Origin: Chiloscyllium plagiosum
Lineage: Eukaryota
DNA: 52,626 nt
Assembly: GCF_004010195.1 (NCBI RefSeq)
Contig: NW_025215376.1
Coordinates: 124,001 to 176,626, forward strand
Reading direction: 5' to 3'
In this document: one piece after another, positions 1 through 12,319 of the stretch
How the letters are laid out: every line of letters begins with the position of its first letter
How positions within the stretch are numbered: the stretch's first letter is position 1
Made by a program: the position numbers and the translations under genes
The notes under the pieces: generated by a model
Databases searched by the model: none
What the model was told of the DNA's origin: nothing
Seen by the model: only the letters and a program-made list of their open reading frames with translations

Positions 1-463
1 TTTTGCATTGTTTAAAATGTTATTTACATGGAGAACCACTGAGAGGTTTAGAGTGAAAATCAGGACAGCAGTACAACTTGGATAGTCCACAATTGCTGAT
101 CTGCTTGAGCAAAATATTCAGTGTGAAATACTCCTCACCGCCCTACAATATGACACTGGAGCATAAACACATCAACGTTCCAATGTACAACTAAATACTA
201 TTCACCGAGTCACTGTTTCTTTTGGATTGAAATTCGCCCTATTGAGGATAGTTGGAAAACAAATTGCTGAAATAGAAAGTGACAACATTTCAAGACCATA
301 TATGAAATAAATGACATGAATTATATTTATTTGCCACTGAATCGTGACTTCCCCACTGTATGTGATGATTTTTCAAGCCCGTTACGTCTGCTGAATTAAA
401 GAACAGATGTTCAGCAAGTAGAGTACCTCACAGTTTTACACTACTCTCAAGATTACAAATTAC

Positions 464-533
464 CTGGAATGCCCACAGCAGTAAGAATCGGATAGTAAAT
501 TGCATACATCAGACCGGATGGTGGTTCGTGCAT
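464..533 (-). CDS. Exon 1 of a GPR139-like GPCR paralog (gene D); exon 2 would lie left of the window
   Basis: Reverse complement reads ATG..MHEPPSGLMYAIYYPILTAVGIP+G|GTAATT: 70 nt, phase-1 GT donor, near-identical to the exon 1 copies at 19515-19584 and 48965-49034. Confidence 0.85.
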
Positions 534-989
534 GTTTGGTCAGAAGTGATAATCTGTCAGCAACTACAAAACAATAGGATGGTGTCATCCAGATTTCCAG
601 TAGGAAACTCCTAAGGGACCATGGTCCACAAAGTCTTTTCTGAAGTCAATCCCATTTATGTAAATAGTTGTTGAGCACCTTGCTTTTATCCTTTCCACGC
701 AACTGAGCTGATGCATCTCAATCAAGCAAAAACAAGAGAAACCAAAAACAAAACTCTCATTAGTAATGGTTCACCTAAATAATTTCACACTGTAGAATAA
801 ATAACATTAAAGTTTCCAAAGTAAGTCATCAAAACAATGGTCTTTTCCCCTCTAAAGTTTATAAGGTTAAGGAATGCTACCCTCTTGACAATGACACCTG
901 GGAGTTGAATATGATTTTTCTGTGATTAGTATGGTAACTTTTGATCAGTTAGCTCAGTTTGCTGCATAGCCAGTTCATGGTAATGCCCA

Positions 990-1545
990 GCATTTTCCTG
1001 ACTACAGATGTTATGCTAACTGGCCTAAAGTTACCTGCCTTTTGCCTATACCTTTTTTTAAACAGTAGCATGACACTCGCTGTCTTCCAGTCTGCTGGGG
1101 CCAGACCAGAGTCCAGTGAATGTTTGGTAAATTACCACTAACGCTGTTACTATTACTTCCACCATTGCTTTTAGCTGGGATGCTTGACATCAGGACCAGG
1201 AGACTTATCTACCTTTAGACCCTCAGCACTACCACTTTAGAGTTAACAATTGAATTGAGATCCTCACCTCCCATCGTATCCATAACATCATTTTTTGGCA
1301 TATTAGACACAGTTTCCACTATGAAGACTGACACAAAATAGTTGTTCAAGGCTTTGGCCATTTCGGCATTACCCAATATTACCCTTTCTCATCCTGCAAG
1401 GGACCTACGTCCACTTTTGTCACTCTTTTTCGTTTTATAGATTTATAAATAATTGTCCTGCCTGTTTTTATATTCTCTGCTAGTTTGCATTCATAATCTA
1501 TCTTTCCTTTCTTTATTGCTTGCTATGTGGTTCTTTGTTGCTTTA
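990..1545 (-). mobile_element. Degraded CR1 LINE ORF2 (RT region) fragment
   Basis: Minus strand encodes a GNFRPVSITSVV-like motif (about 996-1040), typical of CR1 ORF2; frame is disrupted. Confidence 0.7.
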
Positions 1546-2010
1546 TAAAGTATAACCCAGGTGTAACGCTTCTGGTATCCAGGAATCAGTCTGGTAAACA
1601 TTCATTGCACTCCGTCAAAAGCCAAATATACTTCCTCAAATAATGACACCAGAAGTGCACACAACATTTACATTTGTTCTTAGAAATACTTGACGATGTT
1701 CATGATGAAAGGACATATGAAAGGGCGAGGGGATGGTGAGGAAGTGAGTTTCAGAACCTTGGTCGTCAACTATAAATAGCACAGCCATCAACATTGTCTC
1801 AAGAGAATTGATAATTCACAAAAGCTAAACTGAGTGCTAGGGAACTTTCTTGTTATGATATAGAAATTTAGGAACATTTATGATACAACGAGGGTGGAAC
1901 TATTTGTATATTCAAAACAGCTATTAGAAATTTAGTTATGACATGGTTCTCCATCAGGGTTAAATGCAGTTTATTGAACACTAAGCATAATGAATAAAAT
2001 GACTTCATGT

Positions 2011-2065
2011 GATTTAGGCTATCGATAGCATGCACTTGGATTTAGGCTATCGATAGCATGCACTT
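2011..2065. repeat. Tandem duplication of a ~28-bp unit containing the palindrome GCTATCGATAGC
   Basis: gatttaggctatcgatagcatgcactt at 2011-2037 and 2039-2065; single copy at the paralogous site near 38249. Confidence 0.9.
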
Positions 2066-3179
2066 TCAAGATTAAGTGCATTGATCTTGAAAGATCGTAG
2101 CCTGATTAGGGTAGCATTGAAACAGTGATACATAAGGTAAAAATCGGGAATTTTAGGCATTGATTATGGCATCATTCATAATAAATGTACGTTTCCTCTC
2201 TGCCAGCTCTGAAACATACATAGGTTCTGGCCTGTACAATATCCAGAATTGAATGCTGAATAATAAATGGTCGACAGCAGGGGACTGCTGAAATTTTGAC
2301 ATAGTTATATTAAATTTTAAAATATTGGTTATAAAATATTCATCTTTTATATTCCTCATTCATAACTCTGCATTTATGCAGCCTTTTCAATTTATCAATA
2401 TTGCGTCATTTTGTTATTACTGCAACTTCCCAAACACACTTATATACGTCATTTGCTTAGAGTGTTTCTATAATTCTGAAACCTCATTTATTGTTCACGT
2501 ATTTAATGAGACATAGTTTCATGGTCCACTTAATTGACCATACTCTAGCAATGAAGTTAATTGCACTTTCGTTTTCTTGTGAATACAGTATGATCTGCCA
2601 CTTCATTGTTGAATGTTGCCTTTCATTCCCACTTTGCTACAACTTGCGGAACTAATATTCAATATTATTTATTTGCTGAACTGTATTAGCCCATTAGTAA
2701 TTAATGGAATATACCTTTAGTGCAATTATCCAATTTGCAACTAACTTTTCCACGTCGGTTTTTCATTATCCCATCTTTGTCTTCTCATGTCTGGATTTTA
2801 AATAACATACTCACATTTCTTTCTATGCTTGCATCAAAAGTGGGCTGCATGTTGCTTAGCATGGTTCTCTATACACAACTATCTGTAACGTTGATCTATG
2901 AAGTTCTAATAACAAACTGAAACATGTAGTGGGAAGAAAACGGCATGCCAATGAATTTGTTTAGTTGCAACATGGAATGAATATACAATTGTTCAGCACC
3001 TTTGAACTGACTGGCCAACTGATATACCCATTCTGTAGTCTAATCATTAATTTATCACTTTAGAATATGCTGAGACAACTAAATTCTAGTTGTCATAAAA
3101 AAAGTTTATGATCTGTTCTGATGTTATGCTCTGTTTCACCGATTTATGACAGCTTGTTAGCAGTGTTAAGGACCAGACC

Positions 3180-3833
3180 ATAAGACCATAAGACATAGGA
3201 GCGGAGGTAAGGCCATTCGGCCCATCGAGTCTACGCCGCCATGGCTGATGGGCATTTCAACTCCACTTACCCGCATTCTTCCCGTAGCCCTTAATTCCTT
3301 GTGACATCAAGAATTTATCAATTTCTGTCCCAGCCTCCACTGCACTCTGTGGCAATGAATTCCACAGGCCCACCACTCTCTGGCTGAAGAAATGTCTCCG
3401 CATTTCTGTTCTGAATTTACCCACTCTAATTTTAAGGCTGTGTCCACGGGTCCTAGTCTCCTCGCCTAACGGAAACAATTTCCTAGCGTCCACCCTCTCC
3501 AAGCATGTATTATCTTGTAAGTTTTTATTAGATCTCCCCTTAACCTTCTAAACTCCAATGAATACAATCCTGAGGTGTGGGGACCAAAACTGGACACAGT
3601 ACTCCAAATGGGGCCTAACCAGAACTTTATAAAGTCTCAGAAGCACAACGGTGCTTTTATATTCCAACCCTCTTGAGATAATTGACAACATTGCATTCGC
3701 TTTCTTAATAATGGACTCAACCTGCATGTTTACCTTTAGAGAATCCTCAACTAGCACTCCCAGATCCCTCTGTACTTTGACTTTACGAATTTTCTCACCA
3801 TTTAGAAAGTAGTCCATGCTTGTATTCTTTTTT
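3180..3833 (-). mobile_element. 5'-truncated CR1 LINE 3' end with 7-bp TSD
   Basis: ORFs 3548-3817 (RDLGVLVEDSLKV..LYKVLVRPHLEYCVQFWSP) and 3257-3502 (TRGHSLKI..FFSQRVVGLWNSLP) match the CR1 ORF2 C-terminus; (taagacca)n tail at the left end; ccagacc at 3173-3179 and 3834-3840. Confidence 0.9.
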
Positions 3834-4055
3834 CCAGACCCCTTAAAATATTTCAGCAGGAGTATAGTGGTTGTTTTCAGCAGGAGTAGAGTGGATATTC
3901 AAGGAGTGATGCAGCTGACCCAACCACTTAGCATTAAATAAAACAGAATTCATTTTCAAGATTACCAAATGAAAATGAATAAAACAGAAAAGAATATAGA
4001 ATAACTGAACCTATCCGAGAATCCCAACTTAAAAATGCTGTTCCAATTTTTGTTT

Positions 4056-4357
4056 GAGATTCCTTACAGTGTGGAAACAGGCCCTTCAGCCCAACCAGTC
4101 CACACCGACTCTCCGAAGAGTAACTCACTCAGAGCCATTTCTCTCCTAACACTAACACTATGGGCAATTTAGCATGGCCAATTCACCTGACCTGCACATC
4201 TTTGGATTGTGGGAGGAAATCGGAGCACCCAGAGGAAACCCATGCAGACACGGGGAGAATGTGCAAACTCCACACAGGCAGTCACCTGAGGTTGGAATTG
4301 AACCTAGGAGTCTGGTGCTGTGAGGCAGCAGTGCTAACCACTGTACCACCAGTCCCT
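4056..4357 (-). mobile_element. HE1-type tRNA-derived SINE
   Basis: Pol III A-box (TGGTACAGTGG) and B-box (GGTTCAATTCC) on minus strand; conserved core gtggagtttgcacattctccccgtgtctgc; tail cctgtttccacactgtaag. Confidence 0.9.
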
Positions 4358-6477
4358 CGGCAACAAAAGGTAAAATTAAACACTGGGTCTGACAGGAGAG
4401 ATGCCACAGAGAGAGATGGTAGAGAGATTCTACATGGAACACCTTCTTCCATATTGCTGGTTCTTTGAGGAACAGACTCAAAGTGGACTGACTGCTTTCT
4501 CTCAATAGCCAGACTGCTAAAATCCAAACCAAACCAAACCAGAAAGAAAAAAAGCTGGCCTGGGAGAACTTGCAACACACCTTTCATTGCACAAGATTTT
4601 TGTTTTAAGACTTAAAAGCTTTTTCAAGTAGATGAAGCCAGACAATTCGTAACCTGTGTCTAGTAAAACACGTTGAGAAGTAATGTAATCTAATCTAATC
4701 TAAAGCAATCAACAACTACACAACGTTGGGAAGGGATCAGCATCATCACACTTCCAGCCTTGAAGAAAAAATGAACCATCAACATCCAAAGTTGGCTTCA
4801 TTTTAAAACACCTTCAGCATAAAGTGTTAGTACACTGCAACATACATATACACTGAATTGACCAATTTCATGCAAACATGCACTACTGCATGCTCTTTCA
4901 GGCTGGTTTACTCCTGCTACTGAACACCGTTTCTCATTCAAGTCTCGAAAATGTGCCGGCAATCACATTTTCTCATCGTGCCACATGTACAGTTTTCAAA
5001 TTGAATGGCTGTAGCAATAAACTCCATCTGAACAGTCTGAAAATTTAGTCCTTACTTTTCTCCACTGAATTTGATGGGTTATATTCAGTGTTTATGATGC
5101 GTTACTATAACATAAACATAGAAATGCTGTAACGCCGACACCAAGCTCAAAGTCTCCTTCTCAACTGTTAAATGCTTCTGCTGATGAATGTTCAGTTTCC
5201 TGAAGAAATACCCAAAAGGTCTTTCTATTTCCTCACTGTCTTCCTGTAAACAGTTCAGTACTGGCACCCACATCGCTTGCATCGATAGCCACCTTGAATG
5301 GCTTTGCGTAATTAGTTATGCCTCACACTGGGGCTGTGCTACACTCACTTTTCAGGCTGTCAACTGCCTTCAGATGGTTCACTGTCCATTGAAACTTCTT
5401 GCCTGTCTTTAGCAATTCAATGGGTGGAACAGCCACTCTGCTAAAATTTGGTAAGAATTTTCGATAAAACAGACTCAGTCCCAGGAATCATTGTAGTCTT
5501 CTTTTTATCCAATGGGATACTCCCCAATTACCTCTGCTTTTGCATTCCAGGGGGCTATTTGTCCATGTCCAACCAGATGGCCCAGGAAAATGACTTGGGC
5601 TTTGACAAATTCATATTTAGCCAGGTTTATCATCAAGTTTGCCTCCCGAAGTCGATTGAACAATTCAGATTACTGTTGCAAACATTGCTTTGTTGTGAAC
5701 TCGGCCAGGCCACTCAAAACATTCTTAAGCAGACAGCCCCAGACCATAACTTCGCAAACTGTTTCAGTAAGTATACAGGGAAAATTACCTGGAGTAGGGT
5801 AGCTAGGTTGACTACTAGATTTTAAAACAGACAAAAGAAATTCACAAAATTACACAATGAAACGCAAAGTACAGAATAAAGAACCCCTACAGAACTCAGT
5901 CTACCCAAACTAGACTTAATTACGTTTTCCGAATATACACAGCATTCCCATAAAGCAAACTCACTTTAAAAACCAGTATAAATGGAACACATGCTTACAG
6001 GCTGACATTGAAGGGAGGAGAGACAGAGTTTCCATACAGCTCACTGTTGAACTCCTCACCAGTTCAGACTGAACTAAACTGCTCAGCTCAGTTAGAGAGC
6101 TGACCACTCCCCTTTCTTTAGACAGGTCATGAAGTCTCACCTGTTTACATAGAAATAAAAAGCCTTTCAAAATACTTTTCATGCTTGTATCAAACCAGAT
6201 TGATCAGAGCACGGCCTGGTTTATTACCCCTCTGAAAAAAAAAATCAAGGACAGAGTCTCCTTGTGCCAAGGAACAGCTTTTAGGGAAAAAAGGACTAGC
6301 TTTGTGACATCTTCCATATGTGACTAAATATGACCACGTCATCTATATGTACAACACAATGGGTCATCCAGCAATTATATTATTGGTTAGTTTCTGAAAT
6401 GGAGCTGGCACAATTTTCATAACAAATGGCATAAATTTAAATTGATACAGTCCATTCGATGTTATGAAATCCATATA

Positions 6478-8600
6478 CACCACAAAATCTGCTTTACTGT
6501 CATCCACCAGTTTGGTCACCTACTCAAAGAACTGAATAAGGTTTGTGAGGTATAACCTACCCTTAAGAAAATCATGTTGACTCTCCCTAATCAAGTGATT
6601 AATTTCTAGATGATTATAAATCCTATCTCTTATGACCCATATAATTTCCATGGTTGTCTCTACTCCCCTTCTTGACAAGGGAACAACATTTGCTATCCTC
6701 CAGTCTTCTGGCAGTATTCCTGTAGACAATGACAACATAAAGATCAAAGCCAAAGGCTCAGTAATCTCCTACCTGGCTTCTGAGAGAATCCTAGGATAAA
6801 TCCCGTCTGGCCAAAGGGAATTTTCTATTTTTACACTTGTATAATGGCTAACACCTCCTCCTTATGCACCTCAATTCTATCTATTCTAGTAGTTTGTATC
6901 TCATTATTTTCCTCAACCACATTGTCTATTTGTAATGTGAATACTGGTGAAAAGTATTCATTCAGCACTTCCCCTATCTCCTCTGACTCCACACACAACT
7001 TCCCACAACTATGCTGGATTGGCCGTAATATTAATCTTGTCATTCTTTCATTCCCGATATTCCTATAGAAAGCCTTAGAGTTTTCCTTGATCCTATCCAC
7101 CAACGATTTCTCATGTCCCCTCTTGGCTCATCTTGTCTCTTTCTTTAGGTCTTTCCTGCTAACTTGTAACTCTCAAGCGCCCAACTGAGCCATCATATCT
7201 CATCCTAACATAAGCCTCCTTCTTCTCCTTGACAAGAGATTCAACTTCCTAAGTAAGCCACGGCTCCCATGCTCGACAACTTCCTCCCTGCCTGACCGGT
7301 CCATACTTATCAAGGATCTGCAGTAGCTGTTCCTTGAATAAGCTCCACATTTCAACTGTGCCCATCCCCTGCAGTTTCCTTCCCCATTCTATGCAACCTA
7401 AATCTTGCCTTATCACGTCGTAATTGCCTTTCCCCCGTCTATAACGTTTGCCCTGCGGTATATACCTGTCCCTTTCCATCGCTAAAGTAAACATAACTGA
7501 ATTGTGGTCGCCATCACTAAAGTGCTCACCTGCCTCCAAATTTAACACCTGGCTGGTTTCATTACCCAGTACCAAATCCAATGTGGCCTCGCCCCTTGTT
7601 GGCCTGACTACATACTGTGCTGAAAATGTGTTGCTGGAAAAGCGCAGCAGGTCAGGCAGCATCCAAGGACTTTTNNNNNNNNNNNNNNNNNNNNNNNNNT
7701 CCTTGGATGCTGCCTGACCTGCCGCGCTTTTCCAGCAACACATTTTCAGCTCTGATCTCCAGCATCTGCAGACCTCACTTTCTCCTCCTGACTACATACT
7801 GTGTCAGGAAACCCTTCTGTACACATTGGACAAAAACTGAACCATCCAAAGTACTTGAACTGTAGTATTCCCAGTCAACATTTGGAAAGTTAAAGACCCC
7901 ATAAACAACTGTCACTCTCACGTAGGTCAAGGATCATCTTTGCTATCCTCTCCTCTACATTTCTGGAACTATTTGGAGGCCTATATTTTCCTACTCTTCC
8001 CATGTCTCTGAAATGGCCACAACATCGAAATCGCAGGTACCAATCCATGCTGCAAGCTCACCCATCTTATTCCAGATGGTCCTGGCATTGAAGTAGACAC
8101 ACTTCAAACCAAACTTCTTGTTTGCCTGTACCTTCTTGCGATCTTGAACTCTGAGTTCTGACTTCACTACTCTCAATGATTTGGTTCCTATCGCCCTGCT
8201 AAATTATTTTAAACCCACCTGAAGAGCATTAGCAAATTTTCCCCCCCAGGATATTGGTACCCCTCTGGTTCAGGTGAAGACCATCCTGTTTGTCGAAGCA
8301 CTCCCCCCTTCCCCAGGAAGAGCCCCAATTATCCAGAAATCCAAAACCCTCCCTCCTGCACCATCCCTGCCGCCATGAGTTCAACTCGTCTCTGTCCCTA
8401 TTCCTCGCCTTGCTAGCACGTGGCACGGGCAACAAACCAGAGGCAATAGTATCTGTTTGTTCTAGCTCTAAGCCTACACTCTAGCTCCCTGAATTTCTGC
8501 CTTAAATCCCCAAATCTCTTCCTATCTATGTTGTTGGAGCCTATGTGGACCATGACTTGGGGCTGAGCCCCGTCCCCCTCAAGGATCCTGAAAACATGAT
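6478..8600 (-). mobile_element. Degraded CR1 LINE: ORF1 esterase end, endonuclease and N-terminal RT
   Basis: ORFs 8229-8435 (DGLHLNQRG, SGNH-esterase-like ORF1), 7991-8176 (VYFNARTI..DVVAISETW), 7249-7600 (PTRGEATLDLVL..SDGDHN) and 6520-6753 (PEDWRIANVVP..SQHDFLKGR..LTNLIQFFE). Confidence 0.9.
7620..7786. mobile_element. Short Penelope-derived fold-back element spanning an N gap, 17-bp TSD
   Basis: Inverted arms ctgaaaatgtgttgctggaaaagcgc..atccaagga / tccttggat..ttccagcaacacattttcag; cctgactacatactgtg at 7603-7619 and 7787-7803. Confidence 0.85.
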
Positions 8601-8677
8601 CAGAAACAGCATGAACCTTTCTTTTAAAGATTCACCTGCGACTGGAAGTCATGATTTGGAGTTGGAGGTGTTTATTA

Positions 8678-9630
8678 TGGTTTATCATGCTTTCTGTATG
8701 AAGATGCAGAGGGCAAGTTGTATTCCAGGAGCAGTTATTGTTGCATTAACTTCACCTTTTATTTTGAGATGCACGATGAGCATTTGGTTATCAGGTTCTG
8801 TGGCCCTTTACATTATAATTGATAACATTTTTGCATTATGTTACAAAATGGTTTGGTTGAAACATCTTTGAGAGCAAATGAATTAAAAAAAACGCCTAAT
8901 TAATCACAAACAATTTAAAGCTGTTGTTCAATGCCTTCACTCAGGAGTTAGTGGGTGGCACGGTGGTACAGTGGTTAGCACTGCTGCCTCACAGCGCCAG
9001 AGACCTGGGTTCAATTCCCAGGCGACTCCCTATGTGGAGTTTGCACATTCTCCCTGTGTCTGCGTGGGTTTCCTCTGGGTGCTCTGGTTTCCTTCCACAA
9101 TCCAAAAATGTGCAGGTTAGGTGAATTGACCATGCTAAGTTGCCTGTAGTGTTAGGTGTAGGGGAATGGGCCTGGATGGGTTGTGCTTCAGTGGGTTGGT
9201 GTGCACTTGTTGGGCTGAAGGGCCTGTTTCCACACTGTAAGTAATCTAATTCCATGACTGGAAAAAAACTTCTTCAGAGTTGACAGCAGTGTAACAGTGG
9301 CAGCCAGAATAAAGTAGAAGGGAGAATCAATGCAAGTGAATGGTTTTTCTCTGTCGTAGTATTAATTTGCATTTGGTGTGAATGATGTCTGTTGTGTATT
9401 ATTTAAATTGGCAATTGATCAATCTCTACTGCAATTGAAAATATTGAGTAATTTAATACAGATTGCCCAGGACTTTGGGTTCATGATGCTTTATGTTACT
9501 TGTTGCACAAAGTTGTGTATCTACTGTATGGTACACACAAATTCAGTGATTGAGAGACAAAGTAGTAAATTCGTGAAATGAGACTTCATGTGAATTAAAT
9601 GTTGCAGTAGAATAGAAAGTGGAAAATGTA
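8678..9630. repeat. Segmental duplicate of 12320-12943 and ~40090-40830, interrupted by a SINE
   Basis: Colinear matches, e.g. ttctgtatgaagatgcagagggcaagttgtattccaggagcagttattg and aaattcgtgaaatgagacttcatgtgaattaaa, in both local copies. Confidence 0.9.
8953..9250 (+). mobile_element. HE1-type SINE
   Basis: gggtggcacggtggtacagtggttagc head, B-box ggttcaattcc, taatct tail. Confidence 0.92.
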
Positions 9631-11567
9631 ATCATTCTATTCGAGAAGGGAGAAAGGCAGAAATCAAGAAACCATGAGCTGGTGGATTCATTTGGTGCAT
9701 CTCTGATGGCAAAGAAATATATAATTGGAATTCCCTTTTTCCAATCATTTTGATTGTCTTGGCTGTAAGTCCTCAACATGTTCTTAAGTATCTGATGCTA
9801 GCTTTCCAGAGCTCCCTGCGATTCTGGATGGTACGCAATAGATTTGAATAGTTTCATTGCAAAACTGTCCATAACTTGCTTAAGTAATTTGGATGTGAGG
9901 TTTGACCATTGATCTGATTGTATTTCTGTGAGTAATCTGTATCTAGTGAAAAATTTGAGAAACTCCTTTACAATCCTTCTGCTTCTGATATTGCCTAATG
10001 AAATGGCATCTGGAAATCTAGTGGACACGTCCATTAGTGTTAAGAAATACTCATCCCCACTTTTTGTTTGAGGTAGATGTCCACACAATCAATTAAGACT
10101 CTTGTAACTGTTTCCTCAAAAGCAAGAATGTGTATTAAAGATGTGGGATTTATTGCTGCATGTGGTTTTCCAATTACCTGAAACGTATGACATATTTGGC
10201 AAAATCCATCTGCATCCTTGTGCAGTCCAGGCCAGTAAAGGTGTTCTTGTATTTTAACTTGACTTTTTCTTACCCCTAAATGACCCCTAAAGGTAATCCA
10301 TGTGGACACCCGCAGCACCTTTGTTCCATAACCCACTGAAATTACGATTTGATGAACTTCTGCCCATTTCTCAACTACCTGAATATGTGATGCTCTCAAT
10401 TTCCTCGTTAAGGCATCATTTTCAAGATAGCAGCATTCAGGGATATGTTCAGATTATTTTCTCTGTATGTCTTTTGATGCAATTGCTTTAAATTTTCATT
10501 TTTCTGCTGTAACTCAGTTAATTTAACTGAGCTAAAGACATTTGCTTTGTCATCTCTCTGCTCCTGTTTTGTGTCAACCATTTAATCAAACAGGGTCTGT
10601 GCTAATTCCACTTCAATTTTCTTACCTATACTCTTTGATCTCTCTTTTTTTCAACTGGTAACGTTTTAATCACCACCAAAGTTGCAGAAAAAAAATCACA
10701 GAATCTGCATCCTGCAATAGTTCACTTGCCTGAGTTTCCACGGACTTTTTAACCACGTTAGGCAGCACTCTTACTGTGAGCCCGCTATATTGTGAGCAAG
10801 GACAAATTGTATTCGTGGAGCTGAGAGTTTGTCCAGTCCTCCCACCACGACTTCTCCACTTTTGACTGGACCCTGTAACCTCACTCTATATAATTGAGCA
10901 CGTTTTTTCTCACCATAAATTCCGTTACTAACATCGTTTCTGGCAATAATCCTTCAGAGGCACATGTCTCCTCATCGCTCAACATCGAAGATTGAGAGGA
11001 TCCTGGATTTCTTCTTCTTATTATTATCTGTTTATCTGCTGCTCCTGACCTATGTGAGTAAACTTTATGTAACCAACCTCTGACCAGTTTGTACATTCTG
11101 GTGCAGCTTTCTTGCCCCAACTGTACTTTCTGTCACCACTCTAACAAAATTCACTGACTTATCCTGTTTTCCTACATCTGGCTTCCGAGTGCTTTTCCTG
11201 ACCCACCAACACGTTCATTCTATTTGACCTACTTTTTTTGCACTGAAAACAATGAAGCATTTTAACTTCTCTTTTCCCTTCAAGGATATACATTTTACCC
11301 TGTGATAGGTTATCCTTATGATCTTCACCGAGATCTACCTTTCCCTTTCTGCGTGAGGATTTCTCTTTCCCCAATTTCTGTCCCTCATGGATTGAAATTG
11401 ATTTTGGAAGTCAAACTTTGATTTACGGACGAAATCATAACCATAGGCCTTTTCAGCTGCTAATCTCGCTGTTTGAACTCTTTACTCTTCCACGTGAGTT
11501 CTCACAACTTCAGGGAGTGATTTTTTTGAACTCCTCCAAAATAATTGTCTGTCTAAGAGCGTTGAGG

Positions 11568-11718
11568 TGAAAACGTGTTGCTGGAAAAGCGCAGCAGGTC
11601 AGGCAGCATCCGAGGAGCAGGAGAATCGACGTTTCGGGCATGACCCCTTCTTCAGGAACCATTCCAGCAACACATTTTCAGCTCTGATCTCCAGTATCTG
11701 CAGTCCTCACTTTCTCCC
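11568..11718. mobile_element. 151-bp Penelope-derived fold-back element with hammerhead core, 15-bp TSD
   Basis: ctaagagcgttgagg at 11553-11567 and 11719-11733; inverted tgaaaacgtgttgctggaa / ttccagcaacacattttca. Confidence 0.88.
11628..11655 (-). ncRNA. Minimal type I hammerhead ribozyme-like core
   Basis: Minus strand CTGAAGA-A-GGG GTCATG CCC-GAAACGTC. Confidence 0.65.
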
Positions 11719-12319
11719 CTAAGAGCGTTGAGGGTTTGCTCTATTTTTAATGCCATTATCCACCTATCAAAATGACTTCATTGGACCTTTCAAACTTAAT
11801 CGGTTTGATCAGGGTCCCTCCTTCGATTCCTGAAACTCTGTCTGTAGCTTTCTGGCACAAGCCCATATGCACTTAAGATGTCTTTCTTCGCTTCCTCATA
11901 CATCCCAGATACCTCGCCTGATAGTAATGCAAATACCTCACTAGCTCGACCAAAAGTTTTGTTTGGATCAGCAAAACCCACATGATCCCTGGGCACTTCA
12001 TTTGTTTAGCCACCTTCTCAAGTGAGATGAAGATAGCTTTTACACCCTTCTCATCAAATTTAGGCAATGCATGAATATATGGAAACAGATCCTCACCAGG
12101 TCTTTGGCTGCATTGAGTTTGTGCATCATCACTCTCTTCCTCGCGAAGCTTACCTTCAGCCTTCGTCTTCATCTTTTTAAGCTGACTTTCCTTCCTAAGG
12201 GTCAATTTCCGTATCCTTTTCAGATTCTTGCTCATCAGCGCAATGTGATTTCTCAGTCATGTTGAAGCAATTGCATTCCTGGACTGTTCAGTTAACCTTC
12301 CCATACCATTCCTTTCTAT

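Larger units (their letters stand above)
3164..6309 (-). mobile_element. Internally deleted Gypsy-class LTR retrotransposon remnant (RT C-terminus + RNase H at ~4940-5690, flanked by LTR-like sequence) with nested CR1 and SINE
   Basis: Minus strand: LFNRLREANLMINLAKYEFVKAQVIFLGHLVG (RT end) and PFGYFFRKLNIHQQKHLTVEKETLSLVSALQHFYVYV (RNase H). Block starts TGT at 3164, where homology to the paralogous host segment (~39860) stops, and ends ACA at 6309. Outer boundaries are less certain than the coding remnant. Confidence 0.65.
9681..12217 (-). mobile_element. Gmr1-like Gypsy LTR retrotransposon internal fragment (gag, CCHC remnant, protease, integrase), degraded
   Basis: Gag (LPKFDEKGVKAIFISLEKVAKQMK; KKDILSAYGLVPESYRQSFR), CFQCKK knuckle remnant, protease remnant (IIIRRRNPGSSQSSML), HHCC zinc finger (GHLGVRKS..YWPGLHKD..CQICHTFQ), integrase core (MDVSTRFPDA..IQSDQ..AYHPESQGALE). 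Confidence 0.88.

Noticed and set aside
4158..4587. ORFs of 100-140 aa over SINEs (also near 8924-9255, 14385-14708, 23737-24051, 25288-25524, 46659-47079)
   Set aside because: Recurring peptides such as CGRKPEHPEETHADTGRMCKLH are translations of the HE1-type SINE, not genes.
8953..9030. tRNA gene calls at SINE heads
   Set aside because: A and B boxes run into SINE body and tail; no complete cloverleaf or terminator.
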